Assembly: GCA_015680685.1 (NCBI GenBank)
Contig: MNCI01002112.1
Span: 589,281-653,280, forward strand
Source: Gnetum montanum
Taxonomy: Eukaryota > Plantae > Gnetophyta
DNA: 64,000 nucleotides
Direction of reading: 5' to 3'
Below the pieces are notes generated by a model. It saw only the letters and a list, made by a program, of their open reading frames with translations, searched no databases and had not been told where the DNA came from. Made by a program: the position numbers and the translations under genes. Shown one piece after another: positions 1 to 14,597 of the stretch. Numbering within the stretch: position 1 is the stretch's first letter; every line of letters starts with the position of its first letter.

Positions 1-603
1 ATTGAGAAGGTGATATTTGATTTGGTTTTTTCATTGAATGAGATGTATCACATTGAATGGATGTGATGGTGGAGCATGATAAAGAAAATTTTTATGATCA
101 TAATGCATGGATGTCAAACATAGGTTTTCATTATTGTTGAGGGTAAGGAAGGTTATAATTAGGCTATGGTATTAGGCTCAAAAAGAGATGTTGGAAATGA
201 TATAAAATAATCACTCTTGGTATGGTAGGACAAGAGTACCAAAACTTATGCATTGAGGTCACATGGTAACTTGCTACTATGATGGGTTGCACCTTCACGA
301 TGACTTTAGGATTCATCTTGCAAGCATAACTACAAGAGGATAAGAAAACAAGACAATCAAAATATTTTGTTACAATGTGATGCATAGGGCCACATGAGAC
401 AACTAGCAAACTAGATTACCATAGGTTACTCTCATTACAACATATAAAGATCTATGCAACATGCATCAAATTTTCCAATCTTATAGTTCATTCATTGTGC
501 AAAATAGAGAGATAGATAGAAAGGGCATGTGCAGGATTACTTGTTATTTGGTGTATGAACTATTGATGTTGAATGTTAGTTTGTACCTATAAGGAAGATT
601 TTG

Positions 604-2665
604 TTAGATGTAATAAGACTTTAGATAAAAATGAATAACTAAATTGACCAATTCATTTTCATCCATGTTTTCCACTCTAAAGGATTCATTTCCATAGGCT
701 TTGATGATCAAGAAAGGCCCTTCCCATTTAGCGAAGAGCTTTTCTACATGCTCATGAACATCCTTGAGGACTAGGTCTTCCTCCTTGATCTTTCATTTTT
801 TTAGGTCATGGATATGTTGTTTCTTCTACCTATCCTAGTATCATTTGATGTGAGCAAGCATTTGTATCCACTACTCTTCCACTAAATCTAGGTTAGTGGT
901 AGGTAGCTCCTTATGCTAGTCATTATTGATGAAATCCAATAGAGCCACTCTGAGTGATGGAACCTACAATTCAAGATAAAAAAAATTAGATCCATAAACT
1001 AGGCTATATGGAATTACCCTAGTTGTGATTCAATAGGTAGTTCTATAGGTCCAAAGTGCATGGACAAGTGACTCATGACACTTGCATCTACTATTATTTA
1101 GAATCTTTCTAAGAATTTTTATGATGGCCTTGTTTCTAGCTTCAACTTATCCATTAACTTGAGGGTAGTATGGTGAAGAGAAGGAATGCTTTATGCCTAA
1201 GCCCTAACAAAAGGCTTATATTTCTTGGCTAGTAACCTATGGTCCATTATCTATGATTATGGTCATAGGTATGCCAAAATGGGCTACTATGTTGTCAAGT
1301 ATAAATCTATAGACTTGTTGAGATTTCATTTTCTTTAGAAAAATAGTATCAATCCACTTTGTAAAGTATTTGGTTGCAGTGATGATGAAGCTATGACCTA
1401 CAAAATACGTAAGCATTATAGGTCTAATAATGTTAAATCCCCATCATTGGGATGGCCAAGTTATATGAGTAGTATGTAACTCAGTTGGTGGCACATGTAT
1501 CAAGTCGCTATTCCATTCATAGGTATTACAAGCTTTAACCTTCTACAGGCAATCACATTTCATATAGGCTAGTAATACCCAAGTTACCTAATCTTAGTGT
1601 CCATGGCTCTAGGTCCTATATGTCCCCCACATATGCCCTCATGAACTTGCTTAAGGACCATGTGGCCTTCATTTTCACCTAAGAACACTAATAATACATC
1701 ATCATAGGATCATCAACATAGTGTGTTGTCACCAATAATGAAATACTATTTTGATCTTTTATGTACAACATCCTTTTAAGAAGTAGTCAAGCCTTGTGGA
1801 GATTCACCATGCACTAGGTAAAACTTGATATCATCATACCACTCATTTTGAGAAGAAGCTTTGATAGAGGCTATAGAGTCATCTTTAATGTTTTGCATGA
1901 TGGGAATAGCATAGTTTATAATTAAGAAGGACAACTTGATAACACATCAAGCATCATGGTTAGGACTAAGGTTGCAACGACATTGACTAATGTGTTATTG
2001 GTTCAAGTTATATGTTGGATACCAATATCTGTAAATTGTTACAATAATTTCCTACCTAGATCATAATAAGGTTGCAAATATATGAATTTACATGTGTAAA
2101 CCTCTGTCACTTGGTTAACCATGAGTTGTGAATCATATTTTATCATTAGGCATTTAATTCCTTGATTATGAGGTACCATCATTCCCTTGATTAATCCTTC
2201 ATACTCTACCATGTTGTTGGTACATGAAAATTCAAAATGGTAGTTGAAGGATTAGATTTCACTAGAAGGTAATGCTATGATGGTAGCAATACTAGTTCCA
2301 TGGATAGTTGAATCTTTATCAAAGTACATATTTTCATCATAGTCCTTTGGTAATTCACTAACAATGTTGACATGTTCATTAGAAAACTCAAGATCAATGG
2401 TTGCATGGTCTTCTACTAGGAAAATGGTAAGTTGTGCAGCTATAGCTTGATGTTTCATTGAGGCTTGGGAGATGCAATGAAGGTCAAACTTAGTTTTTAT
2501 GGCTTTCCAATGGGCTATATTACTACTCTCATAAATATTGATCGTTATAGCTATAAGAACATTATTCTTGCAAATGACATTGACTTTGCTCCTTAAGAGG
2601 TAGTGTCTTCACTTCTTCAATGAGAATACTAGGGCTAGACAATACTTCTTCACTTCAGTGTATCT
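604..2665 (-). pseudogene. pol: Copy A pol remnant: RNase H C-terminal part, archaeal-type RNase H (aRH), integrase
   Basis: YTEVKKYCLALVFSL (RH), MYFDKD...CTNNMVEYEG...DSQL (aRH), VHEGICGGH (INT zinc finger), YYPQVNG, KWEGPF. Many stops and frameshifts. Terminal TAA at 604-606. Confidence 0.92.
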
Positions 2666-3540
2666 TGGATCATTTGGAATGCTTGATCTAGACCTCAAGG
2701 AATTTTGGTGGGTCAAGGGGTTTGTACAAATGGTTGTGGTATGATTTGAGAGGCTTGTGACCTTGCAATGGGTTGTGGCATAGAAGGGAGAGGCTAGCAA
2801 TCATGGTCATACGGGGACCAAACAAAAAGAAAGAGGTTGAAGTAGGTATTTTGGGAACAAAAAGTATGAATGGTGTATGTGATCCTTAGTTCACTTGGGA
2901 TCCCCCTTTGGATCCTACTAGTATGAAGAAGGAGTGAGCAATGGTGAAGACCACTGGTGATGGCCATGTAGTCATTGGATGCATGGAAAAAGATATAGAG
3001 GAGCATAGAGAGGGAATTTGGGGCATGTATTGTGCTAGATGAACTGCTATACTAGGTATAGACACAAATATGATTGGGTAGATGGAATACAAAGGTTGAG
3101 GTACCTATTCTATAAAGGAGATACGTAATCTCAAAGTGGGGGTGGTCGTCTTGGGGGCCAACTTTTGGAAGAGATCTCATATGAAGTTATCAGGTTTGGA
3201 TTCTATCTTAAACACGTCATGCTTCTCTTGTTGCCTTTCCAAACTAAGATTCTCACCCTATTCATCCATTTTAATTAGATGAGTCTTTACACATGCATAA
3301 GTGTGTTTGAGAGGTATTTTTCATAAGGGCAAGTTATCTATTCGTTCTCATTTCGATAAATTAGCTCATATTCAAATTTATCGTATACCTTTATTCATGG
3401 AATGAGGAGTCTAGCTTGGATTTTAACATAAATGAAGTTATATTAGTCTTCATTTATGATCACAAAATCTAGGCTTTACCCTCTCAGCCGAAGTGATTTC
3501 CTATGCTCAACCACGACAAGGTCTTTAGGATCATAGAACA
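2666..3540 (-). pseudogene. gag: Copy A gag N-terminal, Pro-rich region (truncated by deletion)
   Basis: Homologous to about 17320-18195 of copy C, up to GCATTCCAAATGATC. Confidence 0.8.
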
Positions 3541-4722
3541 TTATAGCATCTTGGTTAGATGTCATATCAATTACGTTGAGGGGCCAGATAGTTGACTACC
3601 TAAAAGACATGGTTACTAGCTTTAATTTGGTTTAATGAAATGTATAATTAATTATTTAAATGAAAACTTTAGCAAGCAGAATTGTAAAAGGATGTGACTC
3701 GTTATGCCTAGAAAATAGTTGAAACTGCAACTATAAGTATAGTGTTGGTTGTAGTGGAAGTGTTTTATAGTACACATTGGAAAATATGGTAGTTTTAGGT
3801 GTTTAAAGGATCAACTATGGTAGCTTCACCAGTAGGATCTACACTAGAGTAGGGTAGGAAATGGTTGCCTTGCATAGAAAAACTATGCTAATGATACCTA
3901 TCTTGGAGAAATGCTTAGGTTTTTGGAAACGTGAATGTGCAAGATTGATTTTCCCACTACTACACTGGGGTATTGGAGAGAACTATGCTAGCCATCTAAC
4001 AAGATTCCATAGCAAGAAGTTTATGTGAATGTGTAATAGATTACTATATTATCTAGCCAAATATGTTGGTGTAGGTGGTGGGGTATGATTTTTCTTAGTA
4101 AAACTATGTTGCAAACATTCCTTCTTATACTAGGTGCACTGATTTTGGAAGGATGAAATGTAAACCTTCAAGCTTACCAAGGACTATGCGGGAGTCCTAG
4201 AAGTTTCTATGTTGTCTTTCCACATGATTTCACAACAAGAGGATCTTGGGTGTTGGGAAAAACTATGTTGGCCCTTAGAACACCCTGAATGTGGGTTTTA
4301 ATAAGCAAAGATTGTAGGTTTGAGTGTTTACAATGTTGGTCTCATAGAATCTAGCAATTGCTATGAAAATATTGTAGAAGCTCAAATGATCCATAATAAC
4401 TATGTTGGGTATTTAGTTGTGGATATTTAAACACCAGTGTTGGATTTATTAAAAAATTAATTATAGTGGGATTTGAGTGATTGAGGTAGAGAAACATTAG
4501 CCTTTGGGAGACCCAAATGAAACTTTCACTATCAACTATGCTAGTTTCATCAAGCATAACAGCTACTATAAAAAATTTTTAGAAAACCAAAATCATCTAC
4601 AAGAACTACACTGGGTGTGGATTCCATGGAGTTGAGTACCAATATTGGATTTAGTGTTCAATGTTTATAGGTTTTTGAGCTCACAGTTTGAATAGGATTT
4701 TGGGCTAAGAATTTGGATGGAG

Positions 4723-4740
4723 GATCTCCTTCTAGCATCA
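4723..4740 (-). promoter_or_regulatory. Primer-binding site (tRNA-Asn-like), copy A
   Basis: TGATGCTAGAAGGAGATC, 6 nt after the LTR end. Four-copy consensus is TGGCGCTAGAAGGAGGG. Confidence 0.8.
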
Positions 4741-4746
4741 GAAAAC

Positions 4747-6053
4747 TATTGTACCCAAAAAATTGGATTTCTCAAAAGGACTAAAGATCTTGTGTGTGCA
4801 AATAGTTTTGACCTTGAATCCTAAGAACCTACAAAAAAAGAGATCAAAGGTACCCTAGATGGTCTAGCCCATCATCCAGGGACTTGAAGAATGTAAATGA
4901 AGGAAAATGAAATTTTAGATTTGAAATAAAAAATAAACATAGAAATTAAAACTTAAAATGAATTCTACATAACAAATGAACTATAAAATTTATTAAAACA
5001 TCAAGATGCTTAAAGTATAAAGTTTAAGGAGTACAAATTGTACGCTCAAATGTACAAGAAGCTTGCTTGGATTGAGATTGAATCCTATTGAAACTAATAG
5101 GTTGTGTTCTATAGTCAAACTCCATAATCTAGGTACTTTTTAGCTTTGATCACTAATAAGTCCTTGTTAGTTCTCTCTTGAATCTGTAACTTTGGTTACT
5201 AGTGGTGTAAACAGTGATGCTTGACTCTCATTATAATGGTACTACGTTGAGAGTCTTTAGTCTTAGGTAGATACCAATGTGCTCCAAAAGTCTCACAAAT
5301 GCCAAATGGATTCAAGAATGCTTGAGGTTGTCAAACGCTGTTATGTTTCTAGGTTGCAAAAATGGTCAAACATAAATAATGTATTCAAGTTTGGCTTTTA
5401 TACACTTCAAGGTTGTTGATTTTGAACTACAAATCTTTTCCATGATTGCTAATAGATTGGTATTATTTGTAGGTGTAATAGGCCATTATTCCAAGCATAG
5501 TTTTCCATTTGTGGCAAATTTTAACATCCAAGGATCCATAAAAACTGTACTAAATACTAAAAATAATAAATGGACTTTTGTGACTATGCTAGCTTCACCT
5601 CAACTATGCTAGCCTTAGAGAGCTATGATGGCATCGCTGAAATCTACTAGGAAATAGGATGACTACACTGGCCATGTGAAGATTTTTGAGAGTCCATGAT
5701 GACTATGCTATCCATTGCTTATAAAATGAAAAACCCAACAACTCCAATGCTAGGTGTGTGTAGCTCCAGCATAGCCTAGGCCACAACCACCATAAAACTC
5801 ATGAAAATGCTAAATTAGGCAATCCCCAAGGCATTTTCAGCTTTTCCAAGCCCAAATATAGATATGACATTACTTTATGCATTTGGGAAGTGAGGCATTA
5901 GTACCTTATGAGGTATTTTTCAACCTAAAAAAGGTTAAAGTATGTAATATTGTAGATCATGGGCCACAAATGTTACATTTACCATAAAATTTTACCTCAA
6001 GTTGGGTGGTGAAGGTTCACAAGTTGCAACATGGTTTCTCTTGATGGTGTTTT
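4747..6053 (-). repeat. 5' LTR of copy A (about 1.3 kb)
   Basis: Homologous to 15279-16683. Termini decayed (TG->TA, CA->TA). Confidence 0.85.
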
Positions 6054-9000
6054 AGTTATTTTTCCAAAATTTGGTATATGCCTAAATTTATCTGGTATAA
6101 TGCCAAAAACACATTACTAGTTAGTTTCTATGTCCACATATTGTTCCAAAACCCTCCTTGCACCATCTACCATTTGGAGGGATAAGTGTAATTTTAGGTT
6201 TTAGGTTTATTTTTGGCTTACATGGGCTACTTGGTTTAATAGTTTTTGTTTGGGTTGACATGCATGCAAGTACAAGGTAGATGAGAATTGTTTGATCAAT
6301 AGTAACTACCTCTTGTTATTTTCTTAAATAGCATTGGATGTCTTTTCCAAAAGCCAAGTAGTGAGGCTCACAATGATGGTGTAGCTCAAGGATGACTTTG
6401 GTAGGTATACCTCACTCTATTTCCATGTCTACTATAGGTGCTTGGTGAATGGGATAGCTCATAGTTGGTGGGGGATCCCTAATTTAGGTGCATAGACAAG
6501 CATATCCCTTAGTGTCCCCACGTTGTCTTCACTAGGCAAGTAAAGTAAGAATTTTTGTTTATTATTATATTTTTATATTATGTCAATGTTTTCTAGCCAT
6601 ATAGCTGTTGAGTTGTTTAGGCTCTAATTATTTAGATGATTTTATTAGTATTCCTATAAGTTTTATTTTATTTAGTTATATTTGTTATATTTTTATTTCT
6701 ACATGATGTCTATTTTTTTTGTGTTGTAGGGGCTACCTCTTGCTCCACCATCACTCTGATTAGTTCAAGACATGTTGAGGAGACACTTATCCTCAAGTTT
6801 CGTAAAGTGAATCTAGTGTAGCATTGGTTCACTAGCCAAGAAAGTATAAAAATTGAAGCAAACATTGCCATTGTAGGTTTTTTTGATCTGTTTCTAACCC
6901 AACCATCCCTACCCTTGAGATGGTGAATGTCATCAACTCCTTTGACAAACGGGGTCAAGAAATTTGTCACCTAGGTTCATGATGTGCTTGTCAACTTGGC
7001 CATTGATGAATCTACCTTTCGTGACCTCTTTGGAATTCCTTGTAAGGTCATGAAAGTTGCCACCAATTTAGGGAAGGATGTGAATTAGTAGAAGGAAGTC
7101 TAATAATGGCTAAATGCTCACCATTATAAATTTGAATTGTCTCTAGACTAGTTCTAGGTTGCAGAGGCCAAAGAGATGTATCCATTGTTTTGGTCCTAGA
7201 TGTTCCTAAAGTTTCTATCATAGAAGAAGATCATGGGAATTAAATAGGCATGGACCAATAAAAATATCCTCACTAAAGATTCTTAATTCAACTGGGTTTC
7301 TCACTTGGTTTCCAGGCAATGAGTGAAGATTTTGAAACCTTGGAAAGACCTTAATATGATATGTCATATGCATTTTGCATTTATTCTAGTATATCTTAGT
7401 GTTTGCAAAATTCCTAGTGGTGAGGAAGGATGGATGATATGTATGTGAAGATACATCTCAAATTTCTAAGCCTTTAATGAAACACAATTTTCTAACCATG
7501 TAGGCTCAAAACCCACTAGAGGATGTTGGGGAATTACTACCTATTACCACTAAGCACTTTAGTGGTATGCATTGTCCTTCCCATGATAGCATGGGGGTTG
7601 AACCCCAAGTTACCCATGGAAATTCTAAAAAGGCCAAGGAGTTACATTTTGAAGTTGATGTGGAAATAAGAGCAAAGTTGAAGAGACCTATGGTTAAGGA
7701 TACAACACTAGTTGTTGAGTAACCTATAAAGAAGAGGCTTGTTGTTAGACTTGACCAAGCACATCATGAGGTTGCAGGTACATTCTATTTGTATTCTTTT
7801 TTTTTAAGTTATAATTTTTCATTTATGTTCTATATCTTATGCTTATGTTGTTATTGTTTTAAGCAAAATATGCTAAGGCTTTCTACATCTTATCTTTGTT
7901 GTTCTTGTAGGTAAACAACAAGAATTATTGGCCTAGCAAGAAATGGTAGAGGAGAAACAAAAATGACTAGAGGAGGAAGATCTACAATAGCATGAGGATG
8001 AGAGGCTATCCAATGTCACATTGGATGACCTTGACATCATATTTGAAGATTCACACTAGGTAAACCTCCAATTATAATCCTAGATGGTTTTCTAGGTACT
8101 TATGAATGTTGTTTTTATATGTTGCATTTTGTAGTTTCATGTTTGAACCTAGTTTGAATCATTAAATTATACTCATGCTTGTTGTAGCTCTTGAACCTCA
8201 ACTAGGTGCTTCCACATCTACATTACACATGAAACCATGGTCGAAGGTTCCTGACAAAACAAAGTTTATGTGTGGGATGATTGAAGACATGATCAATTAG
8301 TTACAACATATTTCTCCTAATGCTGGTAAGAACCTTAGCTTATTTTGCTTTAAATTATTTTTATTTTATAAGGGTTTTATGAATATATGGTATTAGTAAT
8401 TTGAAGTGTTTTTGGTTATTTTTGTTATTTATTATTTTTATGTGTTTATTTTTATCACATTGCTTATAGTGTCCAAGGTTGGATGGAATTCCAACCATGC
8501 CATTGAGATCAATGCACTACCTAGCCTACCACTTGAAGTGCAAATTATTTCATGAAGGTTATATAAAAGTGCCATAGAATATGCACTCTCATGTTCTAAA
8601 AATTCATGGGAATGCCAACATTCCAATGAGTTCCTATGGGAGCAAGTTCTAGCATTGGAATGGAAAAACAACAAATAAGCTAAGAAAATCAAAGATCTCA
8701 AGGATCATAAGGAGTTTGTGAAAGCCCAAGTGGCTAATAGGGACTTCTTACAAACCAAAGAGATCAAATGGTTGTGGTATTGGAATGTCATCAATGGAAA
8801 GGTTATCCTTGCTAGGAGCCTTGTGGAGAAAAATCTATTGATGGACTTGCTGGGTCATAAGGCTAGGGAGTGGAGGAACTGTTATACCTCTATCCTTGAG
8901 TGGGGCCAAGCATAAAATGATCAAAAGAAGAAGTATAAAAATGAATGAGAGAACTAATTGAAATTACTATAGGATAATTCAATCAAGACACGTAAGTTAG

Positions 9001-9480
9001 AGCTATTCATGAGAGGAATCAATGCTAGATATTCCTTTAAGTTTTTTGAAGGCTCTGTGGTTATGGCCAATTCCCCCATTCCTTAGGTTACCACTACTTT
9101 TGGGAAGGTAAATACCACTACATTTTCATGAGAGTGTAGGGACTAATTTTGATGAGAGCTACATATTAATAGGTGTTAATCTCAGGTAAGTGGATTTGGT
9201 CCACATGACCAAAGACCAGATTCTCAACCATCTATAAGTCGGTCTTCATAGCTTACCTGTAGAAGATGTTGCCCTAGAGTCCTCCGAAGTTTTTTTATTC
9301 TTAATTGATTAAGCATATTTTTTTGATTTAAATTTTAATTTAGTTTCTTGTTGTGTTGATTATTGATTAGACTTTCATTGTTATGATTGATACAAGTACT
9401 AAGGGATGGCAGTGGCCCCAGTGGCAATCATGTTGGAGATGCTCCTCCTCCCCCTCCAATTGCACCTTTGTTTTATTAAT
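6054..9480 (+). pseudogene. Copy B antisense multi-exon gene (5' part cut off by copy A), function unknown
   Basis: Coding-like blocks separated by T-rich introns, e.g. TGTTGTAG|G at 6729, GCAG|GTAC at 7777, CTTGTAG| at 7910, TAG|GTAC at 8095, TTGTAG| at 8187, G|GTAAG at 8325. ORF fragments 8718-8915 and 8438-8701 (the latter on the opposite strand) fall within it. Confidence 0.75.
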
Positions 9481-10284
9481 TGGATAATCTCTTTGGTTAT
9501 TTGTATTATTGATGATGTGATGTTATGGTTATTTCTAGATGTTGATCCTTGTGAGATGGTCTATTTATTTTTTATGTTATTGCTATATAGTGTAGCTATG
9601 GCTATTGTACTTCTATTTATTTTTACATAGTTATTTTCAATTAAACTCTTTGTCAAACTATGTGACTATCACTACATATTATGGAAATTTTGATTATGAT
9701 TACTTTTAATTTCATTTATATTTTTTAACATCTTTAGTTATTACGCATCTCAAATGTTTTACATTTTGTTCATGTTATGAGGCTACATTAGTTTAATCAT
9801 GTGGTTGTAAAGCAATATTTGGTAAAGTAAGAATGCAAATTAAGTAGGTGAAAAAAAATGTAAACTAAGGCATAATTGTTATAAATAGATTGTAAAAGTA
9901 TTTCTAGTTTTAGGCCTTGGTAGGTTGTAGTTTTGCAAGTTTTAGTCCATGGTGAGCCATGCATGTTTTACTAGTTTTAGGCCATGGTTGGCCATATGTT
10001 AAAAGAAAAGTTTTTTTTTATTTTTATGTTTTAAAATTTTTATAAATTTTTGAAGTTTTATAATTTTTATGATATTTTTAGGTTTTACTTTTAAAATAGA
10101 AAAGGAAAAAAATTGTAAAATATAAACAAGGATAAATTATAGGTGATGTGCAAAATACGTCTAAAATGAGGCAAAATAAAGTAATTCAACAATGGTACGT
10201 ATAGAAAAAGGTTGAATTAGGCTAAGAAAGCAAAGAAGAATGCTACATAGTTATGGGCATACAGACAAGCAAATAGGAAACATA

Positions 10285-13200
10285 CATCAAATATGAAAAT
10301 AGGAAACATAGTATGGTCTATGTTACATGATCTTGTGCTCCCTATTTCCCTCACTAACCACGTTGAAGGGGAGCTCTTCCCATGGTACATTCATTGTTTT
10401 GTTGTTGTCAATTTTGGTCTCTTCCACTCCTTCAGGTCTTTGGATTTCATCATTGATAATAGGAGCTTCTTCCTAAAACTCCAACTCAAACCCTTCTTGT
10501 ATGTTAATCTTGTTGACTACCAAGGGAACTGCACTATTTCCATGGATAATTATTTTATCTCCCTTGTAAGGTAGGTGAATTTCTTCATGTATGGGTGAGG
10601 AAACAACTTGTAACTGAGCTAGCCAAAGCCTACCTAGGATGAGATTGAATCCCAATGTCTCTTCCACCACCAAGAAATTGGCTATTCTGGGGAATTTTTT
10701 CCCCACTATGAAGTTAAAGGAGATTAAACCTTTTATTGCAACCCAAGTTCCATTAAATAATTTAAAAGTATAATTTCATGTATTTTGTTAGATCCAAACA
10801 TTCAATAATGGTATAGGGTATAATGTTAGTGGTTGCCCCATCATTCATGTGAACCTTATGTAACTTGAATTTTTCCATCTTTATTGTTATAAAGAGAGGG
10901 ACATTTGTTGTCTCACCATCTTGGGGATTGGTTTTGACTTTTCTTTGACAAAATGTTAGTGTTGTTAACTTTGTTTCTTCCTTTAGTGAAGGTGGCACCA
11001 TCACTATGTGGATGAACTTTTCACTAGTAGGGATGTCCTCACTCATAGGAATTAAAGTCACCATTTTTAATAATGCTTCATGGTCTATATAAGAAGTCAT
11101 TACTAGGTCATATAGGCTAAGGAAAGTATTCTTTTATTTTAAGGACTATTTAACATATTCAATAACATTGAGGAAGTCTTTGTTATTTATTATTTACTTC
11201 TCATTCTTATTCACTTTGACTCCCTCCATGCATTGTAGGGTGCAAACTTCATGTTTGAATGGTTTTGGTTTAGTCTCTTGCCCCTTCCCTTGTGGTTTGA
11301 AATCCTTCCTTGGTTGACTAGTTGAAGCAAGATGAGTGTTAAAGCTCATTGGTATTGATGAGATAGGAGTGAACCTCAGTGGATCCACCTCCTTTCATGC
11401 CTTGGCTTGCTTGTTATTTTTGTTGTTGGGCTTTGATGCAAGCTTCTTGCATTTTTTACTCAATGATTTATTATGGTCAGATTTTAAAGAGGTCGTTGCA
11501 TTAGCCATCATAAGGGAATGTTGTTTATTAGTAATTGTTGTAGCTTTGGTTGTAGTGGGATGGGGTACCCTAATAACAAAAGGCTCATTGTGAGGCATAG
11601 GTGATGGTATCCTTATAAAAAAAGGGGACCTTGAGATTGATGAAGTTGAAGGACCCTTTTCATTACATGGAGGTACTCGAATCGTGAATAGCTCAAATGC
11701 AGGTCTCAAGTTATTACTCACATTGAATGTAATTATAGTATATGGACTGTTGTTAGCATTCAATAGTTCTTTGTAGACATGCATGAATTGGTTTTGTGAT
11801 CTAACCATGTTGGAGGCATCAAGCACCAGCTTGTCATTATATATCATCTTCTATAGGTCATCCTTCAAGGCTAGGAAAAAATTGCTATCATGACCTAGTA
11901 GTTGATGGTAGTGGCAAAATCAGTCAAGCTTAAAGTACTTAGATATAGGTGGGTCATCCTTGGTTGCTAGAGTAGGGTTCCTTGCAATCTTGCATAGACA
12001 ATCATGTCTCTTGCAGACATTCTCTATCATCTATATATATTGGATCCTCCTACTCTGTAGTAACTAATCAATGAGTTCATATAGTTTTAGGGACAACCTA
12101 GTGTACTTCTATTAATCTATTCTCTTAAAATTAGGCCTTACATTGCCTAATGTAGAGGTCTTAGACCTTGATGAATGGTTAGTTGTGGTGGGGACCTTGG
12201 GCTATTTTATTTTAGACCTATGGATGGTTTTTTTGTCTTTGGCCATAGTGTCCATGGTTACATTTTTTGCCTCCCCTTCTTCTTTTCCTTTTGAGTGTAT
12301 TAGTTCTTATACACCACATAGGTGGGATCATGGTTGGTCTCAGTAGTGTTCTCTATGTTCTTGGTTTGGGAGAAGGCATGACTAAGTGCCCATGGGTCTA
12401 GGTAATAAAGTTTAGACTTAATGAAGTTATTAACCACCCCCTTGAATATGGTAAGAAGATGTGTCTCAACTATGGGTTTAGGAATCTCATTGAGAAGAGC
12501 ATTCCATCATTGTATGAACTTTTGCACATGTTCAAGGGAACCCTACTTGACCTTCATTAGTAGGTCAAGAGCCATATCTAGGTTTAAGTTATACATGAAA
12601 TGGTTAAAAATTATCATATTAATTCCTCTAATGAGGTAATTGACCCTTTCAATAATGCATGGTACCAGTCCAAGGCTTTCCTAGTAAGGAACATAGGGAA
12701 AATTAGCATTATCATGTGTAGCTAGGCTTGTAACAATAAGCATTTGGAATGGAAGGTGATAATGCGAGTGTTGGGATTAACCTCACTAATGTATTTGGTA
12801 AATAATATTATAAGGATACCTAGGGGAAGAGTTATGTATGGGACAACAAGATTGATAGGATTGTCCAAATAGAAATCCATGATTTTGACTATCTAGGCTA
12901 TTGAAGCTTTAAGCTTATGTAACTCTTTTATAAGATCATGAATCATTTGGAAAGTCTAATCTAAGCTTTGAGGCATCCCTGAAAGTTGTGGGGTTTGAAT
13001 GTAGGATTTCATTGTAAGTTGAGAGGCTTGTGGCCTCATGATGGGCTACGACACAAAAGGTAGAGGCTGGGTAATCATTTTTGTAGGGGGACTAAACAAT
13101 GAGATATAAGTTTGTGTTGGTACTTATGGAAAGAAGGGGAGAAATGGTGTATGTAATCCTTAGGTCACTTGAGGTCCCACTATGGGACCCTTCAACATGG

Positions 13201-13810
13201 AGAATGAATGAGCGTTGATTAAGACCATTGATGATGGTTGTGCAAAATGAGGTTATGTGGCAAAATATATAGAAGAGAAAAAGGGCATTGATTGGGACAC
13301 CAATTATGCCTAGTGGCTCATGATGATGGGTGCTAGCCCAAACATGGTGAAGTAAACAAGAGAAGAGGGTTGAGGGATTTGCCCCATGGAGGAGGAAAGA
13401 GAGGCTAAAGTGAATGCAATGGCTTGGAAAGCTAGCTTTTCGAAGAGGCTTCCTAGGAAGTTAACTAGTTTAGGTTTGGCCTTAACTCATCCTATTCTTT
13501 GTGTTGGCCCTCTAAGGTTGACTTCTCATATTGCTCATCCATATTAATTAAATTATATAAGATGCATGTGTGTGCATTATTTAAAGGCATCTTGTCATAC
13601 AAGAAAGGAAAGTACTCTGTGTTACGCTAGATCAACTCATATTCACGTTTGGATTCAGTCTCCAAATGTGGAATGAGAAAGCCTACCTAGATTTTGGTGT
13701 AGATGAAATTATAACAATTTTCATCAATTACAATAAAATATAAGCTTCTCCCACTTAGCCTTAGTGATTGCTTATGCTCAACCACAATAGGATCTTTTGG
13801 GTCATAAACC
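10285..13810 (-). pseudogene. gag: Copy B gag-protease
   Basis: MLIFPMFLTRKALDWYHALL (Retrotrans_gag-like), FCHYHQLLGHDSNF (decayed CHHC knuckle), KVHMNDGATTNIIP and FNLILGRLWL (aspartic protease). Confidence 0.9.
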
Positions 13811-14573
13811 ATAACTACATTTTGGCTTCATTTCATGTCTATCAAGTTAATGGGCAAAACTATGCACTAGCTAAAAGACAATATTGGTGGTTTGAATTTT
13901 GGTTTTAAAAAATTTAATTAATTAAACAAAAACTTGAACAAGTGGAATTGCTTGAGGTGTAAGGGGAAATGGCTAGAAAATGATTAGAATTGCAATTGTA
14001 GGTATAGTAAAGGTTACAGTGGTAGTGGGAAGTATTGCACTTAAGAAAATATGAATGTTAATGTTGAAAAAACCAACTACACTAGATTTACTAGAAACAA
14101 CTACACTAGAGGGGGTAAGAAATTAATTTCATTTCTAAATAAAACAACATTAATGATACCCCCTCTCAAAAATGTGAATATAATATGTTGATCTTCCAAG
14201 AGGTACGCTAGAGTCTTGAAAGTGGCCACATTGGATTTGCCCAAAAATTTCATAGCATGGGGTTTGGATTTTTGGCGTAAGACCATGCTATCATTTAAAA
14301 AATACAAAGGTAAGTTGCCATGAAGAAAATTAGCAAGTTTTTCAAGCAACCACACTAGTTTTAAAAAATATAGCAACTACTATGAAAATCTTGTAAACAC
14401 CCAAATTACCTGAACTAATAGAATGGGTATTAGTTGTAGGGAAACGTGAACTACGGTTGGTTTTCTTGGTAGAAATTTTAAATGTTTTTTTTCTTCAAAT
14501 TTTAAACTTATTGAAAGAAAAAATTTGTTTCAAAAATGGAAAAAATAGGATTTGGTGAAGAGTTTGGGTGAAG

Positions 14574-14591
14574 GCCCTCCTTTTAGCACCT
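14574..14591 (-). promoter_or_regulatory. PBS (tRNA-Asn-like), copy B
   Basis: AGGTGCTAAAAGGAGGGC next to the LTR end at 14598. Confidence 0.75.
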
Positions 14592-14597
14592 AAAAAC

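Larger units (their letters stand above)
1..6053 (-). mobile_element. Copy A: Tat-lineage Gypsy LTR retrotransposon, internally deleted, runs off the left edge
   Basis: Reverse-complement homology to copy C: LTR 4747-6053, PBS, gag N-terminus, then directly RH-aRH-INT and 3' UTR. Sequence right of 6053 resumes in mid-exon of copy B's antisense gene. Confidence 0.9.
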
